A stretch of 64,000 bases of DNA from Candidatus Latescibacterota bacterium (GTDB taxonomy: Bacteria > Latescibacterota > UBA2968 > UBA8231). The notes under the pieces were generated by a model that was given only the letters and a program-made list of their open reading frames with translations, had not been told where the DNA came from and ran no database searches. Location: positions 1,504,001 to 1,568,000 of the forward strand of contig OZ252098.1 of the NCBI GenBank assembly GCA_965248355.1, read 5' to 3'. A program made the position numbers and the translations under genes. Below are positions 56,438 to 64,000 of the stretch, one piece after another; within the stretch, counting starts at the first letter, position 1, and each line of letters opens with the position of its first letter.

Positions 56438-56650
56438 GGGAGGCCTTCTCTTCTGTTGGGGGCAGCTCTGCCCGAAAGGTAGGATACGGAGGTTCGCGAG
56501 ACCCGGCCGACCAACGAGGGCCCCTGCCCAGGGAGGAATCCCCGGCCTCGTTGCGGATCGTCCGAACGTATTCGGCAGGCGGGCTCGGCCGCGTCCCATC
56601 CGAATCGATCGCGTGGCAGGTTTCCTTCTCGGAGGGTATCTTCCAGCGCC

Positions 56651-58846
56651 ATGAAACTCACACCACCCGCGAAGCTTTTCGCCGTCCTTTGCCCGATCCT
56701 GCTGGCCGCCCCCGGCTGGGGCGCCTGGCCCGGGTGGCGCGGGCCCTTCCAGAACGGCACCGCCCGGGACACGGGCCTCGTCGATTCCTGGACGCCGGGC
56801 GGCCCCGGCCAGGCCTGGAGGGCCGACTTCACCGGCCGCTCCACCCCCGTCGTCGTCGATGGCCGGGTCTTCGTCATGGGCCGCGCCGGCCGAGGCGTCA
56901 CCGCCCAGGAGCGGGTCGCCGCCTTCGACGCGGCCACCGGGGAGCTGCTGTGGGAGGACCGCTTCAACGTCTTCCACACGACCATCCCCTTCAACCGCGT
57001 CGGCTGGGCCAGCCTGGCCGTCGATCCGCAGACCGGACGCCTCTACGCCCACGGCGTGCAGGGGCTGCTGCGCTGCTACAGCCGCGACGGCGAGCTGCTA
57101 TGGGAGCGCTCGCTCACCGAGGAGTTCGGCCGCATCTCCGGGTACGGCGGCCGGGTGCAGACGCCGGTCGTCGCCGACGGCTTGGTGATCGTCAACTTCC
57201 TCAGCAGCGGCTGGGGCGCCCACGGCGTCCCCCGCGACCGCTACTTCGCCTTCGACAAGGAGACGGGCCAGGTCGTCTGGGTCTCCGCCCCGGGCGGGCG
57301 CCCCCTCGACACGACCTACTCCACGCCCGTGGTCGCCGACATCGGGGGCCAGCGGCTCGTCGTCGCCGGCAACGCCGACGGCTCGGTCTACGCCATGCGC
57401 CTGGCCACGGGGGAGAAGGTCTGGGGCTTCCGGCTGAGCCGGCGCGGCCTCAACGCCGCCGTCGTGGTCGGCGGCGACCGTGTCTACGCCAGCCACGGCG
57501 AGGAGAACGTCGACGGCAACACCATGGGACGCGTGGTCTGCATCGACGGCCGCGGCCGCGGGGACGTGACCGCCACCCACGAGCTGTGGCGCTACGACGC
57601 CCTGTGCGGCTACGCCTCGCCGGCGCTGGCCGGCGGGGTCCTTTACCTGATCGACAACTCCGGGAACCTGCTCGCCCTCGACGCCGCCAGCGGACGCCGG
57701 CGCTGGCGGCACAATCTCGGCACCGTGGGCCGGGGGTCACCGGTGGTGGCCGACGGCAAGCTCTACGCCACCACGGTGAACGGACGGTTCCACATCGTGC
57801 GCCCCGGGGAGTCCGCCGGCGAGCTGCTCGACAGCGACCAGGTCCTGGCCGCCGACGGCGGCCCCTCGGAGATCTTCGGCTCCCCGGCCGTGGCCCACGG
57901 CCGCGTCTACTTCACCACCGACGAGGGCCTGTACTGCCTCGGCAACGGGGCCCGGCCCCTGGAGAGCGCGAGGCTGGATCCCCCGGCGGCGGAGGGTCCC
58001 CCGGGCGAGGCCGTGGGCCTGCGGCTGGTCCCGGCCGAAAGCACCGTCGAGCCGGGCGGCTCGGTGCGCTTCGAGGCCCGACTCGTGGACGCCATGGAGC
58101 GCTCGGCCGGAGCCGTCGAGGGGGGGACCTGGTCGACGGAGGGTCTGGCGGGCAGCCTCCGGGAGGGCGTGTTCACCGCCGACCCCGGCCCCGACCACGG
58201 CGGCGTGGTCACCCTTTCGGCGGGAGGCTTCACGGGCGGCGCCCGGGTGCGCGTCCTGACGCGGGAGTCGTGGAGGCTCGACTTCGAGGCGGCGGGCGCC
58301 CTCGACAGGGACCGTCCGGCGCCCGGGTACTGGATCGGCTCGGCGGGCGGCAAGTTCCTCATGCGGCGGGTGGAGGGCGGCAACCTGCTCCACAAGCCCC
58401 CGGCCCGCCGCGGCCTGCAGCGCTCCAACGTCTACCTCGGGCCCGCGGACCTGAGCGGCTACACCATCCAGGCTTCCATGATGGGCGCCCGGCACCGGCG
58501 CAACCTCCCCGACATGGGCCTCATCGCCCAGCGCTACACCCTCGATCTGATGGGCAACCACCAGCAGCTCCAGGTCCGTTCCTGGGCCTCCGACCTGCGC
58601 ATGGCCGCCAGCGTCCCCTTCGCCTGGGAGAGCGGCGTCTGGTACACCATGAAGATGCGCGTCGACCTCGGCCCCGAGGGGGCCGTGGTGAGGGGCAAGG
58701 TCTGGCCCCGGCGGGAGCCGGAGCCCGCCGCCTGGACGATCGAGGCCCCCGACCCGCTGCCGAACCGGCAGGGCGCGCCCGGCCTCTACGGGTATTCGGC
58801 CGCCGAGATCTACTACGACGACATCGAATTGGAGATCCATGAATAG
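56651..58846 (+). CDS. Exported PQQ-like beta-propeller protein with C-terminal Ig-like and lectin/jelly-roll-like domains
   Basis: Signal peptide, WPGWRGP, STPVV, YSTPVV, SPVVADGK; C-terminal WYTMKMRV...RGKVWPR..EP..WT...GLYG. Confidence 0.88.
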   Translation: MKLTPPAKLFAVLCPILLAAPGWGAWPGWRGPFQNGTARDTGLVDSWTPGGPGQAWRADFTGRSTPVVVDGRVFVMGRAGRGVTAQERVAAFDAATGELLWEDRFNVFHTTIPFNRVGWASLAVDPQTGRLYAHGVQGLLRCYSRDGELLWERSLTEEFGRISGYGGRVQTPVVADGLVIVNFLSSGWGAHGVPRDRYFAFDKETGQVVWVSAPGGRPLDTTYSTPVVADIGGQRLVVAGNADGSVYAMRLATGEKVWGFRLSRRGLNAAVVVGGDRVYASHGEENVDGNTMGRVVCIDGRGRGDVTATHELWRYDALCGYASPALAGGVLYLIDNSGNLLALDAASGRRRWRHNLGTVGRGSPVVADGKLYATTVNGRFHIVRPGESAGELLDSDQVLAADGGPSEIFGSPAVAHGRVYFTTDEGLYCLGNGARPLESARLDPPAAEGPPGEAVGLRLVPAESTVEPGGSVRFEARLVDAMERSAGAVEGGTWSTEGLAGSLREGVFTADPGPDHGGVVTLSAGGFTGGARVRVLTRESWRLDFEAAGALDRDRPAPGYWIGSAGGKFLMRRVEGGNLLHKPPARRGLQRSNVYLGPADLSGYTIQASMMGARHRRNLPDMGLIAQRYTLDLMGNHQQLQVRSWASDLRMAASVPFAWESGVWYTMKMRVDLGPEGAVVRGKVWPRREPEPAAWTIEAPDPLPNRQGAPGLYGYSAAEIYYDDIELEIHE

Positions 58847-60266
58847 ACGGAGCACCGTCCTGGCGGCGGCCGCCCTCGCCGCCGCCCTGCCCTCGGGCGC
58901 GCAGGAGGCCATGTGGGGGCACACGCCGGCCCGCAACATGGTCTCCGAGGCGTCCGGACTGCCGGTCGCGTGGGACGTGGCCACGGGCGAGGGCGTGCTC
59001 TGGTCGGCCCGCCTTGGGTCCCAGACCTACGGCGGCCCCCTGCTGGCCGGCGGCAAGGTCTTCCTGGGCACCAACAACCAGGGCCTGCGCAATCCCGATC
59101 TCACCGGCGACCGGGGCGTGATCATGGCCTTCGCCCGGTCCGGCGCCTTCCTGTGGCAGTCGACCCACACCAAGCTGCCCGCCGGCCGCGTCAACGACTG
59201 GCCGCAGCAGGGGATCTGCTCCACCCCCTACATCGACGGGGACCGCCTCTACTACGTCTCCAACCAGGCGCAGGTGGTCTGCGTCGACACCGAGGGCTTC
59301 GCCGACGCCGAGAACGACGGCCCCCTCACCGGCGAGGCCTCCACCGGCCCCGGCGACGCCGACCTCGTCTGGTCCTTCGACATGATGGAGGAGCTCGACA
59401 TCTTCCCCCACAACCTGGCCACCTGCTCCCCCGCCGGCCTCGGCGACCTGCTCTTCGTGGTCACCTCCAACGGCGTCGACGAGGGCCACGTGCACATCCC
59501 GTCGCCCTTCGCCCCCTCCTTCATCGCCCTGCGCAAGTCCACGGGCGAGCTGGTCTGGGAGGACGCCTCCCCCGGACTGGGGATCCTCCACGGCCAGTGG
59601 TCGAACCCGGCCATCGGGGTGCTCGGCGGACGACCCCAGGTCCTCTTCCCAGGCGGCGACGGCTGGCTCTACGCCTTCGAGCCGGAGACCGGCGAGCCGA
59701 TCTGGAAGTTCGACTGCAACCCCAAGGACTCGGTGTGGAAGCTCGGAGGCCGGGGCACGCGCAACAACCTGATCTCCACGCCGGTCATCGACGGCGACCG
59801 CGTCTACATCGGCGTGGGGCAAGACCCGGAGCACGGCGAGGGCAAGGGCAACCTGTGGTGCATCGACGGCACCGGCACGGGAGACGTGACCGGATCGCAC
59901 GCGGTCTGGCACCGGGGCGGCGAGGACTACAACCGCACCATGTCCACCGTGGCCGTCCGCGACGGCCTGTTGTACACCGCCGATCTGAGCGGCTTCGTCT
60001 ACTGCCTCGACGCCGCCACGGGCGAGAAGCGGTGGACCTACGACACCTTCGCCGCCATCTGGAGCTCTCCCCTCGTGGCCGACGGCAAGGTCTACATCGG
60101 CGACGAGGACGGCGACCTGACCATCTTCCAGGCGGGCTCCGAGCTGGAGGTGATCGCCGAGATCAACATGGGCAGCGCCGTGTACACCACCCCCGCGGCC
60201 TCCGATGGCGTCCTCTACGTGGCCTCGCGCAACACCCTCTTCGCGCTGGGCTCGCCTCGGCCGTGA
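58839..60266 (+). CDS. Exported PQQ-like beta-propeller protein
   Basis: Signal peptide, MWGHTPARNMVS, LGSQTYG, GICSTP, HGQWSNP, WSSPLVADGKVYIGDEDG; overlaps the upstream gene. Confidence 0.9.
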   Translation: MNRRSTVLAAAALAAALPSGAQEAMWGHTPARNMVSEASGLPVAWDVATGEGVLWSARLGSQTYGGPLLAGGKVFLGTNNQGLRNPDLTGDRGVIMAFARSGAFLWQSTHTKLPAGRVNDWPQQGICSTPYIDGDRLYYVSNQAQVVCVDTEGFADAENDGPLTGEASTGPGDADLVWSFDMMEELDIFPHNLATCSPAGLGDLLFVVTSNGVDEGHVHIPSPFAPSFIALRKSTGELVWEDASPGLGILHGQWSNPAIGVLGGRPQVLFPGGDGWLYAFEPETGEPIWKFDCNPKDSVWKLGGRGTRNNLISTPVIDGDRVYIGVGQDPEHGEGKGNLWCIDGTGTGDVTGSHAVWHRGGEDYNRTMSTVAVRDGLLYTADLSGFVYCLDAATGEKRWTYDTFAAIWSSPLVADGKVYIGDEDGDLTIFQAGSELEVIAEINMGSAVYTTPAASDGVLYVASRNTLFALGSPRP

Positions 60267-61348
60267 CGGAGTCCGGCGTCCTGGCCGACCGGGTCCGCGC
60301 CGCCCGCCAGGCCCTCGACGCCCACGTGCGCGAGATCGTGGCCTGGCACTTCGACCCGGCCACGGGCTGCCCCTTCTGGCTCGAGCGCGCCGCCGCCCTC
60401 GGCTTCGACCCCCGCGACCGCATCGGCGGCTACGCCGACCTCGAGGTCCTCGGCCTCTTCCGGGACGAGTGGCTGCGCGGCGGCCCCGTGCGCCGCTGGG
60501 TGCCCCGGGCCTACGCCGGCGAGCCGGTCTTCGTCTTCGAGACCGGCGGCTCCACCGGGGTGCCCAAGAGCCGCGTCAACATCCGCGACTTCCAGATCGA
60601 CTACGCCGCGTTCTCGGAGAGCCTGCCCGAGGAGGGGTTCCCCCGGGGCGGCGACTGGCTGATGCTGGGGCCCTCGGGGCCGCGCCGCCTGCGCCTGGCC
60701 GTGGAGCACCTGGCCCAGCTGCGCGGCGGCCTCTGCTTCCTCGTCGACCTCGACCCGCGCTGGGTGAACGTCCTCATCCGCCGGCAGGCCCACCAGGAGC
60801 TGGCCGCGTACAAAGCCCACGTCGTCGACCAGGCCCTGAAGATCCTGCGCGCCCACGACACCATCCGCTGCCTGTTCACCACGCCGCGCCTGCTGGAGGC
60901 CCTGTGCGAGAGGATCGACCCGGTGCGCATGGGCATCCGCGGCGTGTTCTGCGGTGGCACCGAGATGGACGCCCAGTTCCACCGCTTCGCCCGCGAGGAG
61001 CTGGTGCCGGGGGCGGCCTTCGTGCCCACCTACGGCAACACCCTCATGGGTCTGGCCCTGTGCAAGCCCTTCGACCCGGCCGACGAGTACGCCATCACCT
61101 ACTACGCGCCGCAGCCGCGGGCCGTCATCGACCTCGTCGACCCCGCCGACCCGGGGCGCCCCGTCGACTACGGGGAGACCGGCCGCGTGCTGCTGACGAC
61201 CCTGACCCGCGAGTTCTTCATGCCCCGCCTCCTGGAGCGCGACGAGGGCGAGCGGGCCGGGCCGACCGAGGCCTGTCCCTGGGACGGGGTGCGCGACCTG
61301 CGCCTGCTGGCCTCCCTGCAGGAGAGCGTCACCGTGGGGGTCTACTGA
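60263..61348 (+). CDS. Short ANL-type adenylating enzyme (GriC/EhpF/LuxE-like)
   Basis: WHFDP.TGCPFW, FETGGSTGVPK P-loop, GGTEM, PTYGNTLMG, TGRVLLTTL, LLERD; ~361 aa, apparently lacking the ANL C-terminal domain. Confidence 0.75.
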   Translation: MTESGVLADRVRAARQALDAHVREIVAWHFDPATGCPFWLERAAALGFDPRDRIGGYADLEVLGLFRDEWLRGGPVRRWVPRAYAGEPVFVFETGGSTGVPKSRVNIRDFQIDYAAFSESLPEEGFPRGGDWLMLGPSGPRRLRLAVEHLAQLRGGLCFLVDLDPRWVNVLIRRQAHQELAAYKAHVVDQALKILRAHDTIRCLFTTPRLLEALCERIDPVRMGIRGVFCGGTEMDAQFHRFAREELVPGAAFVPTYGNTLMGLALCKPFDPADEYAITYYAPQPRAVIDLVDPADPGRPVDYGETGRVLLTTLTREFFMPRLLERDEGERAGPTEACPWDGVRDLRLLASLQESVTVGVY

Positions 61349-61353
61349 GCCCG

Positions 61354-62793
61354 GTGGCGGGCCTGCCGCACGTCCCCGTCCTGCGCGCCGGCCGGGAGTA
61401 TGCCAGCCGCCGGCGGCGGCGCCTGACCGACGTGCGCACCGGCGATCCCGTGGCCGAGGTGAGCCAGGCCAACGGGGGCCTCATCGCCCGCGACCTGGCC
61501 GGGGCGGCTGCCAACCGCGCGGCACTCGAACGGATGCCGGCCGGAGAGCTGGCGGCCCTGTGCGCCGAAGCCTCCCGCCGCTTCCGCCGCGAGCGGCTGC
61601 CCCTGGACGAGGAGACAGGCCAGTCCTTCGAGGACTACCTGTCGCAACTGGCGGCCACGGCGGGCCTGCCCCCGAGCCTGGGGCGGCGCAACGCCGACAA
61701 GATCTGCGGGGTCCTGGAGTCCATGAACCAGGTGCTCGACGGCCTGACCCGGGGCCTGGACCTGGCCGTGGTCGACGCCGGCTGGGGAGAGGAGAAGGGC
61801 CGCACGATCAGCTACCGGCGCCAGACCGACGTCCTGGGCGCCGTGCTGCCCAACAACTCTCCGGGGGTGCACACCCTGTGGCTGCCCGCGGTTCCCCTGA
61901 AGATCCCCCTGGCCCTGCGCCCCGGCTCCCGGGAGCCGTGGACGCCGCTGCGCCTGGCCCGCGCCTTCATGGCCTCCGGCTGCCCGCCCGAGGCCTTCGG
62001 CTTCTACCCCTGCGGCCACGACGGCGCCGCCGAGATCCTGATGCGCTGCGGCCGCTCCCTGCTCTTCGGCGGCGACGACACCGTCGGCCCCTGGCGCGGC
62101 GATCCCCGCGTCGAGATCCACGGCGCCGGGCGCAGCAAGGTCCTGGTGGGCCCGGACGTGACCGACTGGCGCCCCCACCTCGACTTGGTGACAGCCTCCG
62201 TGGCCGACAACGGGGGCCGCTCCTGCCTCAACGCCTCCGGCGTGTGGACCACGGGCGAGGGCCTCGACCTCGCCCAGGCCCTCGCCGAGCGCCTGGCGCG
62301 CATCGAGCCGAGACCGCTTGACGACCCCGAGGCCGCCCTGGCCGCCTTCCCCGAGCCCGGGACGGCGCGAGCCGTCTCCGCCCACATCGATCGGCTCCTG
62401 GCCGGCGGCGGGGCCCGCGACCTGACGGCCGAGATCTCCTGCGGCGAGCGCCTGGTCGAGGTCGACGGCTGCACCTTCCTGCGGCCCACGGTCGTGCTCT
62501 GCGAGGACCCGTCCCACCCCCTGGCCAACACGGAATACCTCTTCCCCTTCGCCGCCGTCGTGGAGACCTCCGCGGAGACCATGCTCGAGGCCATCGGCCC
62601 CACCCTCGTGGCCACCGCCCTGACCGAGGACACCGGCCTGCAGGGCCGGCTCATGGACCACCCCGGCATCGACCGGCTGAACCTCGGGCCGGTGCCGACG
62701 ACGGCGATCTCCTGGGACCAGCCCCACGAGGGCAACCTCTTCGAGCACCTCTACCGACGCCGGTCCCTGGGGCGCGCCCGGCGCCGCGCCTGA
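61354..62793 (+). CDS. Aldehyde dehydrogenase-fold reductase (GriD/LuxC-like)
   Basis: VLPNNSPGVH, LFGG, HGAGRSK, NGGRSCLNAS (catalytic Cys), EYLFPFA; start approximate. Confidence 0.78.
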   Translation: MAGLPHVPVLRAGREYASRRRRRLTDVRTGDPVAEVSQANGGLIARDLAGAAANRAALERMPAGELAALCAEASRRFRRERLPLDEETGQSFEDYLSQLAATAGLPPSLGRRNADKICGVLESMNQVLDGLTRGLDLAVVDAGWGEEKGRTISYRRQTDVLGAVLPNNSPGVHTLWLPAVPLKIPLALRPGSREPWTPLRLARAFMASGCPPEAFGFYPCGHDGAAEILMRCGRSLLFGGDDTVGPWRGDPRVEIHGAGRSKVLVGPDVTDWRPHLDLVTASVADNGGRSCLNASGVWTTGEGLDLAQALAERLARIEPRPLDDPEAALAAFPEPGTARAVSAHIDRLLAGGGARDLTAEISCGERLVEVDGCTFLRPTVVLCEDPSHPLANTEYLFPFAAVVETSAETMLEAIGPTLVATALTEDTGLQGRLMDHPGIDRLNLGPVPTTAISWDQPHEGNLFEHLYRRRSLGRARRRA

Positions 62794-62798
62794 CGGCC

Positions 62799-63953
62799 GT
62801 GCGGCCCTTCGACCACGAGGGCGGACCTCGGGTCCTCTTCGGTGCCGGCCGCCTCGGCGAGCTGGGAGCCGAGGCCGCGCGGCTCACGGGGGGTCCGGTG
62901 CTGCTGGCCTCCGACCCCGGCGTGAGGGCCGCGGGGCACACCGGGCGGGCGGCCGACTCCCTGGCCGCGGCCGGACTCGAGGTGGTGGGCTTCGACGGGG
63001 TCTGCGAGAACCCCGCCACGGGGCAGGTGGAGGCCGGGGTCGAGACCGCCCGGCGCCACGGCCCCGTGGCCGCCATCGTCGGCCTCGGCGGGGGCAGCGC
63101 CATGGACTGCGCCAAGGGGATCAACTTCCTGCTCAGCAACGGCGGCCGCATGGAGGACTACGAGGGCGATGGCCGCGCCGGCGGACCCATGCTGCCCTCC
63201 ATCGGCGTGCCGACCACGGCGGGCACCGGCAGCGAGGCCCAGCGCTTCGCCCTGATCTCGCGCGAGTCCGATCACCGGAAGATGGCCTGCGGCGACCCCG
63301 GGGCCCGCTTCCGCACCGTGATCCTCGACCCGGAGCTGCCGCTCTCGGCGCCCCCCCGGGCCGTCGCGGCGGCCGCCATCGACGCCGTGGCCCACGCCGT
63401 GGAGAGCTTCACGGTCGCCAACGCCAACGCCGCCTCGCGCCTGTACGCGCGAGAGGCCGCCCGCCTCCTCTTCGGCGCCTTTGAGGACTGGGTCGCCGAC
63501 CCGGCTGCCGGGGACGGGGCTGGCGAGATGCTCCTCGGCGCCCACTGGGCCGGGGTCTCCATCGAGCACTCCATGCTCGGAGCCGCCCACGCCTGCGCCA
63601 ACCCGCTGACCAGGGGCTACGGCATCGCCCACGGCGTCGCCGTGGGCCTCATGCTCCCCCACGTGATCCGCTTCAACGCCGCCGCCCCAGGGGAACGGTA
63701 CGCCGAGTTGCTGGAGGCCGCGGGGGCGGGACGGGACGGGAGGACGGGCGCCGGTCCGGCCGAGGCCCTGGCCGCCCGCGTGGAGGAGCTTCTGGACGCG
63801 GCCGGACTGCCGAGGCGGTTGCGGGCGCTGGGGGTGCCGGAGGACCATCTGGAGGCGCTGGCCGTCGAAGCCGCGGAGCAGCACACGGCACGGTTCAACC
63901 CGCGGCCGGTGGGGGCGGCGGAGTGCGCGGGGCTCTACGGGGCCGCCTGCTGA
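62799..63953 (+). CDS. Iron-containing alcohol dehydrogenase
   Basis: GLGGGSAMDCAK, PTTAGTGSE, DAVAHAVES, AAHACA, HGVAVG. Confidence 0.93.
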   Translation: MRPFDHEGGPRVLFGAGRLGELGAEAARLTGGPVLLASDPGVRAAGHTGRAADSLAAAGLEVVGFDGVCENPATGQVEAGVETARRHGPVAAIVGLGGGSAMDCAKGINFLLSNGGRMEDYEGDGRAGGPMLPSIGVPTTAGTGSEAQRFALISRESDHRKMACGDPGARFRTVILDPELPLSAPPRAVAAAAIDAVAHAVESFTVANANAASRLYAREAARLLFGAFEDWVADPAAGDGAGEMLLGAHWAGVSIEHSMLGAAHACANPLTRGYGIAHGVAVGLMLPHVIRFNAAAPGERYAELLEAAGAGRDGRTGAGPAEALAARVEELLDAAGLPRRLRALGVPEDHLEALAVEAAEQHTARFNPRPVGAAECAGLYGAAC

Positions 63954-64000
63954 CGATTCGCCTGCTGTTCGAAGTGACATTTTGCATCTTGTGGAAGCAC

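Noticed and set aside
60263..62793. Bioluminescence lux operon or phenazine cluster
   Set aside because: No luxA/B/D or phz core genes in the window; only fold-level similarity.
1..64000. CRISPR array, IS elements, rRNA
   Set aside because: No regularly spaced repeats, transposase ORFs or rRNA-like sequence were seen by eye.

Overview
High-GC bacterial chromosomal window. Two secreted proteins end in PNPFN...(K/R)LxLL(H/R) FlgD-Ig/T9SS-like tails and a UBact locus is present, which suggests an FCB-superphylum candidate phylum such as Latescibacterota/Handelsmanbacteria (inference). Housekeeping genes: tRNA-Val(UAC), tyrS, guaA, nadB, gatB, lepB, pgl. The main feature is a complete non-actinobacterial tagging/proteasome operon, mpa-dop-UBact(RTGQ)-prcB-prcA-pafA, tightly packed between signal peptidase I and a large secreted M6 metalloprotease. 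Other notable items: a candidate leaderless, single-Tyr leader-peptide attenuator upstream of tyrS; a dnaE2-imuB mutagenesis cassette without imuA and with a candidate SOS box; three PQQ-like beta-propeller genes next to a GriC/GriD-like carboxylate reductase pair and an Fe-ADH; a 7-repeat propeller inserted in a split LamG domain; an NHL-repeat gene flanked by a 29-bp direct repeat encoding its sorting tail; a decayed island remnant at the tRNA 3' end; the 5' end of a hen1 RNA-repair gene at the left edge; many catabolic paralogues; and several frameshifted or internally deleted genes. All product calls come from motif recognition by eye, not database searches.
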